A stretch of 62,946 nucleotides of DNA from a virus, in IMG/VR virus record IMGVR_UViG_3300045988_087398; one strand, given 5' to 3'. This document shows, one piece after another, positions 15,575-27,600 of the stretch. The notes below the pieces were generated by a model, which made no database searches, had not been told where the DNA came from, and saw only the letters and a list, made by a program, of their open reading frames with translations. The translations under genes were made by a program, and so were the position numbers. Positions within the stretch are counted from its first letter, which is position 1; each line of letters begins with the position of its first letter.

Positions 15575-17378
15575 TTGCGACTTTAGTGGATGGGCTACCA
15601 GAAACGATTTGTTATGCGGCGACGGTAGAACTATTCGAAAAGACGCCTTTGCACAGAACGATGGGTGTCAGGTTCCTCTTGTTTGGAACCACAAACATGA
15701 TGATGTGAATGCCGTGCTTGGACATGCTGTTCTGGAGAATCGACCAGAGGGTGTCTATGCGTATGGAGTGTTCAACGACAGTCCACAGGGACAGAAAGCG
15801 AAGGATCTTGTACAGAATGGCGATGTTCGATCTTTGTCCATTTGGGCAAACGAACTGAAACAGATTGGAGGAGATGTGATTCACGGAAATATTCGTGAAC
15901 TCAGTCTTGTATTAGCAGGTGCTAATCCAGGAGCATACGTAGATTTCGTAATGGCGCACAGCACTGAGGAAGAAGACAGTTTATATGCTTCATGGGATGA
16001 AAATATTATGCTTCATCACTCTGCTGATGGAGAGAAAGGAGATTCAAAAATGGAAGGTGGCAATAAGCCAGAAGAGAAGAAAAACGAAGGTGACAATAAG
16101 CCAGAAGAGAAGACGATTCAGGATGTAATCGACACCATGAATGAGGAACAGCAGGAAGTGTTCTATGGCGTGCTCGCACAGGCAATTGAAGAAAAGGAAG
16201 AAAAAGATAATAGTGAAGGAGGAGATAACTCTATGAAACATAACGCATTTGATAAGAACAATGAAACTGCTCAGCAGAATGTACTTAGCCATTCAGATGA
16301 GATGGCAATCGTCGCACTTGCAAAGCAGAGCGGTGTTGGTAGCCTTCAGCAGGCCATGGCGATTTACGCAGAAGAGAATAAGGATACTTTGTCACACGGT
16401 ATCTTTGATGACAGTGTTGAGGAGCTTTTCCCAGAGTATGAGCTTCTCAAGAAGGGTGAACCTGAGACACTTGAGAGAGATCAGAGCTGGATTGGATCTG
16501 TAATTTCTAAGATTCATAAGAGTCCGATCAGCCGTATTCGTACAAGACAGGCGGACGCTCGTATTGCAGAGCTTAGAGCTAGCGGTTATCAGAAGAAGGG
16601 AAATTACAAGCATGAGTCAGAGCAGATCAAGCTGCTTAGTCGTACAACAGACCCACAGACAATCTACATCAAGGATACAATGCATCGAGACGATATTGTC
16701 GACATTACAGACTTTGATGTTGTAGATTATCAGTGGAACATGATGCGTCATGTACTTGATGAGGAAATGGCTATGGCCGCTCTTGTTGGTGATGGTCGTG
16801 ATGATGGTGATCCGGATAAGATCCACGAAGATCATATTCGTTCAGTATGGCATGACGATGAGCTTTATACAATCCATCAGGTTGTGGATTTCGAAGCCGC
16901 AAAGACAAAGCTTCAGGGCACAAATACAGGAGCTAACTTCAGTGAGAACTATATCAAAGCAGAGGCTATGATTGAGTCAGCTTTGTATTCTCGTGAGAAG
17001 TTCAAGGGTTCTGGAACACCAGATTTGTACTGCACACCACATCTTCTTAATGTAATGCTTCTTGCTCGTGACCTTAATGGTCGTCGTATCTATGATTCCA
17101 AGGCAGATCTTGCCAAGGCGCTCAATGTAAATGAAATTCATACTGTTGAGCAGTTCGAGGGACTTGAGAGAACAGCAGATGATGGTAAGAGAAAGCTTCT
17201 TGGTTTGTTTGTCAACATGGCTGATTATCAGTTTGGTGCTACTAAGGGCGGTGAAGTTACAAGATTCTCAGATTTCGATATCGACTTCAACCAGTACAAG
17301 TACATGCTGGAGACAAGACTTTCTGGAGCACTTACAAAGGTTTACTCTGCGATCGCTCTCGAAGAGAAGGTTTCGTAG
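15564..17378 (+). CDS. Prohead protease (HK97/S78-like), acidic linker and major capsid protein as one fusion
   Basis: ATG 15564 after AAAGGAGTGAG. N-terminal WNHKHDD...LSIWAN...IRELSLVLAGANPGA is protease-like. A KPEEK-rich linker follows, then a ~350-aa C-terminal capsid-like domain. Confidence 0.75.
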   Translation: MGINCDFSGWATRNDLLCGDGRTIRKDAFAQNDGCQVPLVWNHKHDDVNAVLGHAVLENRPEGVYAYGVFNDSPQGQKAKDLVQNGDVRSLSIWANELKQIGGDVIHGNIRELSLVLAGANPGAYVDFVMAHSTEEEDSLYASWDENIMLHHSADGEKGDSKMEGGNKPEEKKNEGDNKPEEKTIQDVIDTMNEEQQEVFYGVLAQAIEEKEEKDNSEGGDNSMKHNAFDKNNETAQQNVLSHSDEMAIVALAKQSGVGSLQQAMAIYAEENKDTLSHGIFDDSVEELFPEYELLKKGEPETLERDQSWIGSVISKIHKSPISRIRTRQADARIAELRASGYQKKGNYKHESEQIKLLSRTTDPQTIYIKDTMHRDDIVDITDFDVVDYQWNMMRHVLDEEMAMAALVGDGRDDGDPDKIHEDHIRSVWHDDELYTIHQVVDFEAAKTKLQGTNTGANFSENYIKAEAMIESALYSREKFKGSGTPDLYCTPHLLNVMLLARDLNGRRIYDSKADLAKALNVNEIHTVEQFEGLERTADDGKRKLLGLFVNMADYQFGATKGGEVTRFSDFDIDFNQYKYMLETRLSGALTKVYSAIALEEKVS

Positions 17379-17409
17379 TTGCGTAATTATATAAGGAGGA
17401 ACATGGATT

Positions 17410-17685
17410 ATGGAAAAGATCATGGAAAATTCTAGTGACTTACATGTAGTAGCAAGAAAGGTATACGCAAAGCCTAGCGACGCTTATGCTTATTCCGATT
17501 CAGACTACAAGACAAAGATCTCAGCAGACGAGTTGTATGACGCATTTGTTAAGGGGATGATCGTCATCGATGCTGGAGTAGAGTACAAGCCGATTAGTAT
17601 TAAGGTTGCTTCTAAGGTAGCAACTGTGTCATACGTTAAGGCTGGCTCTACAAATCCGGAGATTGCAACCGTTAAGTCTGAGTAG
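17410..17685 (+). CDS. Small head-associated protein (hypothetical)
   Basis: AAGGAGG RBS. Lies directly after the capsid gene. Confidence 0.5.
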   Translation: MEKIMENSSDLHVVARKVYAKPSDAYAYSDSDYKTKISADELYDAFVKGMIVIDAGVEYKPISIKVASKVATVSYVKAGSTNPEIATVKSE

Positions 17686-17704
17686 TTAAGGAGGAAAATT
17701 CAAA

Positions 17705-18022
17705 ATGGGTAAATGGTATGGGAATGTCGGTTTTGCACATACAACTGAAAATAATCCTGGTGAATGGGATTCCGAGATTATCGAGAAATCATATTTCGGA
17801 GATATTATGGGCAATCGATGGAAACGCCAGAATTCCGGTGGAATAAATGACGATGTCAATATTTCCAACATTATCAGCATTGTTGCTGATTCGTTTGCCA
17901 ATGAGAATTGCTCCGAAATTGTGTATGCAGAATTCTTGGGTATAAAGTGGAAGGTTACAGATATCGAACCACAATATCCAAGATTACTGCTCACATTAGG
18001 GGGTGTATATAATGGCGAGTAG
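17705..18022 (+). CDS. Head-tail joining/tail completion family protein (hypothetical)
   Basis: AAGGAGG RBS. The pattern WYGNVGF...GDIMGNRW...ISIVADSFA...PRLLLTLGGVYNG is common upstream of major tail genes. Confidence 0.5.
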   Translation: MGKWYGNVGFAHTTENNPGEWDSEIIEKSYFGDIMGNRWKRQNSGGINDDVNISNIISIVADSFANENCSEIVYAEFLGIKWKVTDIEPQYPRLLLTLGGVYNGE

Positions 18023-18317
18023 GGTTGATTTACAGAGCAAACTGGAGGAGATCCTTGGGAGTAGAAATGTATATTATAAAGCCCCTGAAAATATTAAGAT
18101 GAATTATCCGGCAATAATATATTCTCTTAATAATATAAAGGATAGAAACGCCAACAATAATTCATACATAAGAAATAGAAGTTATAGTGTTACGGTGATA
18201 TCAAAGCAATCAGATCCGGAAGTGGTAAATCGATTGTTGGATCTTCCATATTGTTCTTTTGATAGACCATACGTATCAGATAATTTGAATCATTACGTAT
18301 TCACTTTGTATTGGTAA
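18012..18317 (+). CDS. Head-tail joining protein (hypothetical)
   Basis: ORF overlaps the upstream stop and is followed by a terminator. Confidence 0.5.
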   Translation: MASRVDLQSKLEEILGSRNVYYKAPENIKMNYPAIIYSLNNIKDRNANNNSYIRNRSYSVTVISKQSDPEVVNRLLDLPYCSFDRPYVSDNLNHYVFTLYW

Positions 18318-18320
18318 GTA

Positions 18321-18346
18321 AGAGCCCATAATACGGGCTCTTTTTT
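18321..18346 (+). terminator. Rho-independent terminator
   Basis: agagccc-ataatac-gggctct hairpin followed by T6. Confidence 0.7.
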
Positions 18347-18378
18347 ATTACCTAAATCATGAAAAGGAGGACAGATAT

Positions 18379-19170
18379 ATGTCTAAGATTAAATGGGATG
18401 AAACCGGAGAGCGTTTGTTCGAAACCGGTGTAGAAAATGGAGCGTTGTTTGTACAGGACAATAACGGAACTTATGGAAAAGGTGTGCCTTGGAATGGACT
18501 TACGAACGTAAATGAGAGTCCGGAAGGTGGAGAAGTCACAACGTTGTATGCAGACGATGTAGCATACTTGGATCTTATCTCAGTAGAGAAGTATAAGTAC
18601 ACAATCGAAGCATATTCATCACCTGTTGAGTTTGATGCTTGTGATGGAACAGCAAGTATTGCTAAGGGTGTTACGATTGGACAGCAGTCTCGTAAGAAGT
18701 TTGGATTTGCATATAAGTCACGTATCGGCAATGATATTGAAGGCTCTGATTTCGGATACAAGTTGCATATTGTGTACAACAGCTTGGCTTCTCCATCTGA
18801 GCGGTCACATGCAACCATTAACGACAGCCCAGAGGCAGAGACGATGTCTTGGTCGGCTAGTTCTACAGCAGTAAATGTTGCCGGTCATAAGCCAACTTCT
18901 ACTGTAGTGATCAATAGCACAACAGCAGATCCTGCTAAGCTGGCTGTTCTTGAGAATATTCTGTATGGAACAGATCACGAGCTTACAAAGACTGAGCCTA
19001 AGAATTGGTCAACGGATTATAAGAAGTATTACATGAAGTCTGGAGATACGTTCGAAGCAGTTACTGGTGAATCAGCGCCAACATGGGAAGAGAACAAGTA
19101 TTACGACGAGGCAACAGAGCCGAGATTACCATTCCCTGATGAAATCATGGAAATCATGGGACAGGAGTAG
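18379..19170 (+). CDS. Major tail protein
   Basis: The N-terminus KWDETGERLFETGVENGALFVQ...GVPWNGLTNVNESPEGGE is typical of the phi13/TP901-type major tail proteins. Confidence 0.75.
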   Translation: MSKIKWDETGERLFETGVENGALFVQDNNGTYGKGVPWNGLTNVNESPEGGEVTTLYADDVAYLDLISVEKYKYTIEAYSSPVEFDACDGTASIAKGVTIGQQSRKKFGFAYKSRIGNDIEGSDFGYKLHIVYNSLASPSERSHATINDSPEAETMSWSASSTAVNVAGHKPTSTVVINSTTADPAKLAVLENILYGTDHELTKTEPKNWSTDYKKYYMKSGDTFEAVTGESAPTWEENKYYDEATEPRLPFPDEIMEIMGQE

Positions 19171-19183
19171 AATATCAACCATG

Positions 19184-19217
19184 AGACCTCACAAAAATCG
19201 TGGGGTCTCTTTTTATA
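19184..19217 (+). terminator. Rho-independent terminator/attenuator after the major tail gene
   Basis: gagacctcac-aaaaatc-gtggggtctc hairpin followed by TTTTT. Confidence 0.65.
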
Positions 19218-19232
19218 AAAAGGAGGAAATTT

Positions 19233-19649
19233 ATGTTAAAGAAGACAATAACATATACAGATTTTAATGGCACAGAAAGAACAGAAGATTATTATTTCAA
19301 TCTGAGTAAAGCAGAATTATTGGAGATGGAAGTTGGTACCACTGGCGGTTATGCTGAAAAGGTACAGGCGATTATTGATGCAAAGGATTCGCCAGACATC
19401 ATGAAAATCTTCAAGGAGTTGTTACTTAAGGCGTACGGCGAGAAGTCAGCAGACGGAAAGCGGTTTATTAAGATTGACGACAATGGACGTCCATTAGCAA
19501 TCGCGTTCGAGCAGACACCGGCATATTCCGAGATTTTCATGGAGCTTGCAACAGATGCAGACGCTGGCGCAGCGTTTATCAATGGTATTCTTCCGGCTGA
19601 TTTGATCAAAGAAGCAAACAAGGCGGCGTTACCGAAGGCTGCTAATTAA
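19233..19649 (+). CDS. Tail assembly chaperone
   Basis: ATG 19233 after AAAGGAGG. KKTITYTDFNGTERTEDYYFNLSKAELLEME pattern, positioned after the major tail gene. Confidence 0.6.
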   Translation: MLKKTITYTDFNGTERTEDYYFNLSKAELLEMEVGTTGGYAEKVQAIIDAKDSPDIMKIFKELLLKAYGEKSADGKRFIKIDDNGRPLAIAFEQTPAYSEIFMELATDADAGAAFINGILPADLIKEANKAALPKAAN

Positions 19650-19668
19650 TACGTCAAAATGGAGATGA

Positions 19669-20208
19669 ATGAGAATGCTTTCGATTATGATACCCGGGAG
19701 AGAGTGGTTTGATGAAGAAAAGAATGAGTTTGTGACCACGACGAGTACGACTATTCAAATGGAGCATTCTCTTCTTTCTCTTCATGAATGGGAAAAGAAA
19801 TGGAAAAAATCATTTTTCTCTGATAAAGAAAAAACAACAGAAGAAGTGCTGGATTATTTTAGATGTATGACACTTACTCCGGATGTTGGTGATGATATTT
19901 TTCGTGGTCTTACGAATGAAAACATAGAGACAATCAGGAATTATATTAATGATTCGATGACTGCTACTACGTTTTCTGACAGAGAAAATCGTAAGTTCAA
20001 TAGAGAGATAATAACCAGTGAGATTATTTATTATTGGATGATATCCCTAAACATTCCCGTGGAGTTTGAGAGATGGCATCTGAATAGTCTCATCACGTTA
20101 ATTAGAGTTTGTAATGTTAAGAATCAACCACCAAAGAAGATGAGTAAGAATGAGGTTCTTAATCATTATTCGGCTCTAAATGCAAGTAGAAGAAAGAAGT
20201 TTAAGTAA
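19669..20208 (+). CDS. Second tail chaperone-like protein (own RBS, not a frameshift product)
   Basis: LEHSLLSLHEWEKKW...TSEIIYYWM...ERWHLNSLITLI recalls chaperone-associated proteins of Gram-positive siphoviruses. Confidence 0.45.
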   Translation: MRMLSIMIPGREWFDEEKNEFVTTTSTTIQMEHSLLSLHEWEKKWKKSFFSDKEKTTEEVLDYFRCMTLTPDVGDDIFRGLTNENIETIRNYINDSMTATTFSDRENRKFNREIITSEIIYYWMISLNIPVEFERWHLNSLITLIRVCNVKNQPPKKMSKNEVLNHYSALNASRRKKFK

Positions 20209-20217
20209 AACGGAGGT

Positions 20218-21276
20218 ATGGATATGTCAATGAACGGAATCGATATTAGTGCATGGCAGAGAGGGATTAATTTAAGTAATGTCCCATTCGACTTTGCAAT
20301 TGTAAAAGCAACCGAAGGAACGAAGTATATCAATGGCGTATGTGAGAGTCATTGCGATGATGTACTTCGACTCGGTAAATGTCTGGGGATATATCACTAT
20401 GCAAATGGCGGAGATTACAAGCAGGAGGCGGATTTCTTCTTAGAGAAGATAAAGAAGTATGTTGGAAAAGCGCTGCTTGTTCTTGACTGGGAGAGTCAGA
20501 ACAATTCGCAGTTTGGTAAAACGGACCGTGAATGGGTTAAGAACTGGTGCGATTATGTGTATACCCAGACTGGCATTAAGCCAGTTATCTATGTATCCAA
20601 GAGTTTCATGTCTATGTTGGACGGACTTGGATATGAATTCTGGATCGCACAGTATGCGAATAACAAGCCTACGGGTTATCAGGAGAATCCGTGGAATGAG
20701 GGAGTATATACGTGTCTCATCAGACAGTATACATCAACAGGTCGTCTCACAGGTTATCCTGGAGACTTGGATTTGAACAAGTTTTATGGTACAGCAGCGG
20801 ATTGGAATGCACGAGTATCAGTTACTAAACCAGCTCCAGCGCCAGTTCCGGCCGTGTCTCCAACAGGTACAACCATCGAGCTTGTGGTAGCAACATTGCA
20901 GAATAAGTATGGCGTAGGCGATGAGCGTAAGCAGAAGCTGGGAACTCGATATGACGAGGTTCAGAAATTTATTGATTATGTAGCAAATGCTTCGATTGAT
21001 CAGCTGGTAGCAGAAACAAAGGCTGGTGATTATGGTAATGGCGAAACTCGTAAGATTATTCTCGGAGCATTCGATAAGTACGATGCTGTTCAGAATAAGA
21101 TCAATGCCGAGAATACAGCCAAGGCTAGTTCGGCAGCTATTTACGTAGTTAAGAGTGGGGACACGCTCTCTGACATTGCTGCGAAGTACAAAACAACATA
21201 TCAGGCATTACAGAAGCTGAATGGTATTCCGGACCCAAACAAAATTTATCCGGGTCAGAAATTGAAAATTAGATAA
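20218..21276 (+). CDS. Lysin: GH25 muramidase + 2 CW_7-like repeats + LysM
   Basis: [13 protein letters not shown]...FAIVKATEG...DLDLNKFYG (GH25). [12 protein letters not shown] and [12 protein letters not shown] (CW_7-like). [16 protein letters not shown]...YPGQKLKI (LysM). Confidence 0.9.
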   Translation: MDMSMNGIDISAWQRGINLSNVPFDFAIVKATEGTKYINGVCESHCDDVLRLGKCLGIYHYANGGDYKQEADFFLEKIKKYVGKALLVLDWESQNNSQFGKTDREWVKNWCDYVYTQTGIKPVIYVSKSFMSMLDGLGYEFWIAQYANNKPTGYQENPWNEGVYTCLIRQYTSTGRLTGYPGDLDLNKFYGTAADWNARVSVTKPAPAPVPAVSPTGTTIELVVATLQNKYGVGDERKQKLGTRYDEVQKFIDYVANASIDQLVAETKAGDYGNGETRKIILGAFDKYDAVQNKINAENTAKASSAAIYVVKSGDTLSDIAAKYKTTYQALQKLNGIPDPNKIYPGQKLKIR

Positions 21277-21286
21277 TGAAAGGGTG

Positions 21287-21670
21287 ATGCAGGTGATCAC
21301 ATTTAAGCAGAAGGGCGATTTCTCCAAACTGAATAGTTTCTTTGAAAAAATTAAAGAAACTGTCAAAATAGGAGACCTCGATAAGTATGGACGAGCTGGT
21401 GTCGAAGCACTTGCATCTGCCACACCAAAGGAATCTGGAAAAACTGCGGATTCTTGGTACTACACAATTGAACATGAAAATGGAAAATCGTCGATTAATT
21501 TTCTTAATTCGAACATTAATGACGGCGTTCCGATTGCAATCATATTACAGTACGGGCATGGTACTGGAACTGGAGGCTGGGTCGAAGGAAGAGATTATAT
21601 CAATCCTGCGGTTCAGCCTCTTTTTGATAAGATTGCCGATGATGCTTGGAAGGAGGTTACTAGATTATGA
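21287..21670 (+). CDS. HK97 gp10-like protein (head-tail/tail completion)
   Basis: GRAGVEALASATPKESGKTADSWYY...GTGGWVEGRDYINPA pattern. Confidence 0.6.
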   Translation: MQVITFKQKGDFSKLNSFFEKIKETVKIGDLDKYGRAGVEALASATPKESGKTADSWYYTIEHENGKSSINFLNSNINDGVPIAIILQYGHGTGTGGWVEGRDYINPAVQPLFDKIADDAWKEVTRL

Positions 21671-24600
21671 GTAAGCAAGTTGATGAAAGAATTGTGTCGA
21701 TGCAGTTTAACAACAAACAGTTCGAAGCCAATGTTAAAACTTCTATGTCGACTATTCAGAAACTTAAGCAGAGCTTAAATTTTAAGGATAGTGGAAAGAG
21801 TTTGGAAAATCTTAGCAAAGCGGCAAATGAAGTGAAATTCGATAAGCTTCTGTCTGGAGTTGAGACATTAGAGAAGAGATTTTCTGCAATGGGCATTGTT
21901 GGAATGAGAGTTATCGAGAATTTAACTGATTCGGCGATGCAGATGGTAACCAAAACCAAGAATCTTATAACAAGCACTATTAAACAGGGCGGTATTTCGA
22001 GAGCAACAAACATCGAAAACGCCCGTTTTCAGTTACAGGGATTATTAAAGGATGATGAAGCAGTTGCCGCTGTAATGAAAAACGTAAGCGATTCGGTGGA
22101 TGGCACTGCCTATAGTTTGGATGCAGCAGCAAAAGTGGCATCTCAGTTAGCAGCTTCAGGGATGAGAGCCGGAGACGAGATGTTTTCATCACTAAGAGCG
22201 GTTGCTGGCGTTGCTGCTATGACGAACAGTTCTTATGAAGATATTGGTAGAATCTTTACTCAGGTAGCTGGTCAAGGTCGAATGATGGGCGATCAGTTAT
22301 TGCAGTTATCTGGTAGAGGTATGAATGCAGCAGCTACTTTAGCAGAGCAAATGGGTAAAACAGAGCAAGAAGTTAGAGACATGGTGTCCAAAGGACAGAT
22401 TTCGTTTTCAACATTTGCTTCAGCAATGGATAATGCATTTGGAGAGCATGCCAAGAAGGCGAATGAGACATTGAATGGCGCGTTCTCCAATGTTAAATCA
22501 GCATTAGCCAGAATCGGTGCCGAATTTGTTGCACCACTTATTGTTCAGAATGGTCCACTTGTACAAGTCCTCAACACAATACGAGAGAAAGTAAATGATG
22601 TCAAGAGAAACATTGTTCCATTTGCTGAATTGGTTACAACTACAATCAATAAGCTTGCAACCAAGGTAAATGCTGCAATTTCAAAGTTGAATATTGACAA
22701 GATGTTTGAGAAATTCAATTTCTTAAGTAGAGATTTCGGCGCGAGTAAGATTATCAAGCTGGTGGATGGAATATCCAAGCCAATTGAGAAAGTCACAGAT
22801 ACTGTGAAAGAAACTGTCAACGCAGTAACCGATTTGGATGACATTGTGAATAAAGTTATTCGTGGAGATTTTGGTAATGGAGCAGAAAGACTCGATAAAC
22901 TAACCGAGGCAGGACAGAACTATTATAGAGTTCAAAATAGAGTAAATGAGGTACTCAATAATGGTTTCAGATTTTCAGAAGATCAAATACAGGCCCAGGA
23001 CAAACTCCTTGGGATTCAGGAAAATACTGTTTCCGAGACAAAGAGCGAAACAACAGAAACTGTTAAATTGACAGAGGAGAAGAAGAAACTTATTAAAGAA
23101 CTTGCTGGTATGAGTGATGCTCAGCTGAGAGCAAACGGATATACTGAAGAACAAATCGCTGCATTCAGAGAGCTGAGAGGAGTTGCTAATAAGCTTGGTA
23201 TACCGATAGACAAGCTTATTGACAATATTGATGAGCTGAATGGTAAGTGGATTATTATGGACGCGCTGAAGAATATAGGAAATAGCATTGTTTCAATATT
23301 CAAGGCGATTGGACAGGCATGGAAGGATATCTTTCCATCGTCTTCTGCCGATACAGTGTTTAATATTGTAGCAGCATTTCATAAGTTATCCGAGAGAATG
23401 AAGGTAACTGATGAAGATGCAGATAAGATAAAACGTACATTTAAAGGTCTTTTCGCAGTATTAGATCTGGTCAGCACCCTTGTTGGCGGCGGTTTAAGAT
23501 TAGCATTAAAAGCTACGTCTTACATACTTAGTCTTTTCAATTTATCGTTATTGGATGTCACGGCAATACTCGGTGATGCCTTAGTTAAATTCAGAGATTG
23601 GATTAAAGGTAATAATCTAATTACAAAAGCGTTCGAAACTATGGCTCCATATTTGAAGGAGTTTGTATCACTGGTTGTCGAAGGAATAGTTGCAATCAAA
23701 GATTGGATCGTCGCCAATGAAAAGATCACTCAGGGATTTAAGAATATTCTTTCATATCTTAGAGAGGCTGGAGCAGGATTTAAGGCATGGGTTGAAGGTG
23801 CTAGAGAAGCAGAGAATATACCAGTATATATAATCCAGGGATTGGTAAATGGGTTAAAGAATGGTATTTCCACAGTTGCATCTATTGCAATAGAGTTGGC
23901 AAAATCAATTATTCAGACTGTTTGTGGTGTCCTTGGGATTCATTCGCCATCTACTGAATTTTATGCAATTGGTCTGTACATAATTCAGGGATTGATAAAT
24001 GGTCTTAAAGCAGGAGCCAAGAAAGTATGGGATACTGTCAAATCAATTGGCGAAGCTATCATTGGTGTTGGAAAAGAGATCGATTACAAATATCTTGGCA
24101 TTAGCACAACAGCATTGGGACTGTTGATAGTTCTTAACAAATTTACTAATGCTGTAACAGATATCAAGGAAAAGGTAATCGATGCAGGTCTTGGTGTTGT
24201 TAATAGCATATCTTCAATATTTGATAGCATCAGTAAATATATCAAAGCACGAGCATTGAAACAACAGGCAAAAGCGCTGTTACTGTTAGCAGTTTCAATT
24301 GCTGCTCTTGGGGCGACAATATATTTCATTTCTCAAATAGACACAAAGAGTTTGATTAAAGGCGGAATTGCTATTGGTGTTTTAGCTGGAATGTTAATCG
24401 GTCTTACTGTGGCTATGAGTAAATTGGATAAGCTCGGTGTATTCTCCGATAAAGTTGGGGTGATGTTACTCGGAATGTCTGTCGCTTTGTTGGCAATGGG
24501 AAAAGTTGCGACAGAAATCGGAAAACTTGAGTGGGAAGAAATAACAAAGGGAATCGTGTTTGTCGGTGCTTTGGAATTATTCATCATAAGTCTGATTGCA

Positions 24601-27600
24601 ATATCTAAGTTTGCTGGCACTAATGCTAAAGATGCAGGAAAGATGATTTTTAAAATTGCTGGAGCGCTTTTGATTATGGCCTTAGTTGCAAAATTGGCTG
24701 GTAATTTAAGAAAAGACGAGCTGACACAAGGATTAAAATTCATTGCTGTAATGGGTATCTTTACAACTGCATTAGTGGCGGTGTCTTTAGTTGCGGGAAA
24801 GAATGCATCTAGGGCCGGAACCATGATTCTTAAGATCGCCGGGGCGTTACTTATTATGGTAATGGTTGCTAAAATAGCGGGGAACATGAAACCAGAAGAA
24901 TTATCACAAGGGTTAGAATTCATTGAGATAATGGGAATATTTACGGCTACATTAGTTGCTGTATCTATACTTGCGGGAAAGAATGCATCTAGGGCTGGCA
25001 ATATGATTCTTAAAATTGCAATAGCTTTGCAGATTATGGCTAAAGTGGTAAAAACTATTGGACAGTTAAAACCTGATGAAGTTGAGAAGGGATTAAGTTT
25101 CATAAAGACTTTGGGTAAGTTTATAGTGGCATTGGTCGCAGTGTCATTATTGGCTGGAAAGAATGCATCTAAAGCAGGTGTAATGATGATTGGTGTGGCT
25201 ATAGCGATGGGAGTTATGGCACATGTCGTCAAAATGGCTGGAAGTATTGATGAAAACACGCTTAAACAGGGACTCAAAGTAATGGCTGTATTTGAGGTAT
25301 TTATTCTTGCACTTGTCGCAGTATCAATCTTAGCTGGTAAAAATGCGGCAAAGGCTGGCGAAATGTTGTTAAAAGTTTCGGTGTCACTATTAATTCTCAC
25401 AGGCGCATTGTTCTTGATTGGACAGATGGATTCGAAGAAGTTATGGAAAGCTGTTGGTGTAGTAGCAGTATTAGAGACTTTGTTTGCGGGTTTGATTGCG
25501 GTTACGAAGGTGTCTCAGAATGCAAACAAGACAATTATAGGACTTGTCGCAACACTGACGTTACTTGTTTCTGGCTTGGCATTACTTACCACACTTAATT
25601 CGGATAAGCTTGTTGCATCAGCAGAATCTTTATCTATGGTTATGGTAGCGATGGCAGCAATGATCGCAGCAACCGGGCAAATTAAGAATACTGAAGGAGC
25701 GACGAAGGTTCTTCTTCAGATTTCGTTGGTGGTTCTCATGTTGGTCGGTGTTCTTGGAATGATTCAGGCACTTAATATAGAAGGAAATATGGGTGCAGTT
25801 GCTTCAATCTCCGTATTGTTGGTTTCTATGGCAGCGTCATTAGCTCTCTTGGGAAATACGAAGGATATATCGCTTAAGGCTGTTGGTGCCATGGCATTGA
25901 TGGGATTGGTCGTTGCAGAATTAGCGGTTGTAATGAAAGCAATGGATAAACTCAATATTGATGTGTCTACAAAGACTGTTGCTCAATTGTCAGCTTTACT
26001 TCTTGCTATGTCTGGCGCATTAGTGATTCTGACTGTTGTCGGAATCGGTGGTGCCGCTGCATTTGTGGGGATTGGTGCGTTAGTGACATTGATAGCCGCA
26101 GTTGGTGGCTTGATGATAGCGATAGGCGCATTAAATGATGAATTTCCAGCTGTCGCTGATTTTGTACATAATAGTATCCCAATTCTTCAAGATATGGGTG
26201 AAGGCCTCGGTAATTTCATCGGTGGTTTAGTCGGTGGTGTTATTGCTGGTGCTATTGATAGTCTTGCTGGCATAGGCACAAGTCTTAGTACATTCATGGA
26301 AAATCTTCAGCCGTTTATCGAGAAGGTATCGGCTATTGATCCAGATGCTATGGCTGGTGGAGAAGCGTTGGCAAAGATGCTACTTACTCTTACGGCCGCA
26401 GAGCTTGTTAGTGGATTATCCAAATTTTTGGGAGTAAAAGATTTAGGAAATCTTGGATCCCAACTTTCGGATTTCGGCGATGCAATTATTGCATTTTCAG
26501 ACAAGCTTAATAATAGCGATGGTATAAACGATAAAGCTGTCCAAAAAGCTGCAAAAGCAGGTGAGATGATGGCTAAGCTTCAAAATAGCTTATATGGAAC
26601 TGGTGGATTAAAACAAGATATATTTGGCGAAAAAGATTTGGGCGACTTTGGACAGCAGATGAGTGATTTTGCAGATGGAATTATTGCGTTTGCCGCTAAG
26701 ATCGAAGCTGCAAAAATTAACCAAGATTCTGTTGACGCGGCAGCTTATGCTGGTGAAACCATGGCTACTCTTCAGAGCAAGATCAAAAGTCAAAATGGAG
26801 CACTTCAAGACATCTTTGGTTCTCAAGATCTTGGCGATTTCGGATCGCAGATGAGTAACTTTGCAGATGGGGTTGTTAATTTTGATAAGAAACTTAAGGC
26901 TAATAATGGGATTAGCTCAGACCTTGCCGATCAAGCTGCTTATGCAGGAAACGTAATGGCAGAGTTACAAAATAATACTGGAGCTATTGGTGGTGTAGTA
27001 AAATATTTTGCTGGTGAAAAGAATCTAGGTACTTTCGGAACCCAAATTGCACTTTATGGCTCAGCTTTAGCCGCATTTTCTCAGGTATTGTCAGAAAACC
27101 CGGTAGACACAACAACAGTTTCAATAGCTAAGGACTGTGGATTATTGATGACAGAACTTCAGACGGCTTTGCCAGAGACTCATCTATTCGATGGAAAGAT
27201 GGATCTGGATGATTTCGGAGCTAAGCTAATGTCATTTGGTAAATATATGGGTGTGTTTGCTAACATGACAGCTGAAATGGATGTGTCCAATCTCACGACA
27301 GTCAGTATGGCGGCTAAGAGACTTGGCGAAATGGCAGCATCAATCAGCACAGTAGACCAATCAAAAATTGACGAATTTGATTTCGAGGGCATTGGAAACA
27401 GCATAAAGACATTCTGTGATTCATTTGATAACGTCGACGCTTCAAAGGTTGAAACAGCAATCAACTCAATCAATAAGTTGGTTAACACAATCAAGAGTAT
27501 GGATGGGTTGAACACTAATGGAGTAAACACCTTTAAGGGAATTCTTAATTCACTCAGCGGTGACACAGTAAATCTTAAGGGTATTGGTAATTCATTCTCA

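Noticed and set aside
19233-20208. Programmed -1 frameshift (G/GT-type) between the two tail chaperone genes
   Set aside because: No slippery heptamer occurs near the end of 19233..19649. The second ORF has its own RBS and start after a 19-nt gap.
24333-25400. 355-aa ORF on the minus strand inside the tape measure gene
   Set aside because: It lies antisense to the five 180-nt repeats. Its length reflects the stop-poor, repetitive Ala/Ile/Leu-rich sense sequence. It has no RBS and sits inside an uninterrupted 2280-aa sense ORF.
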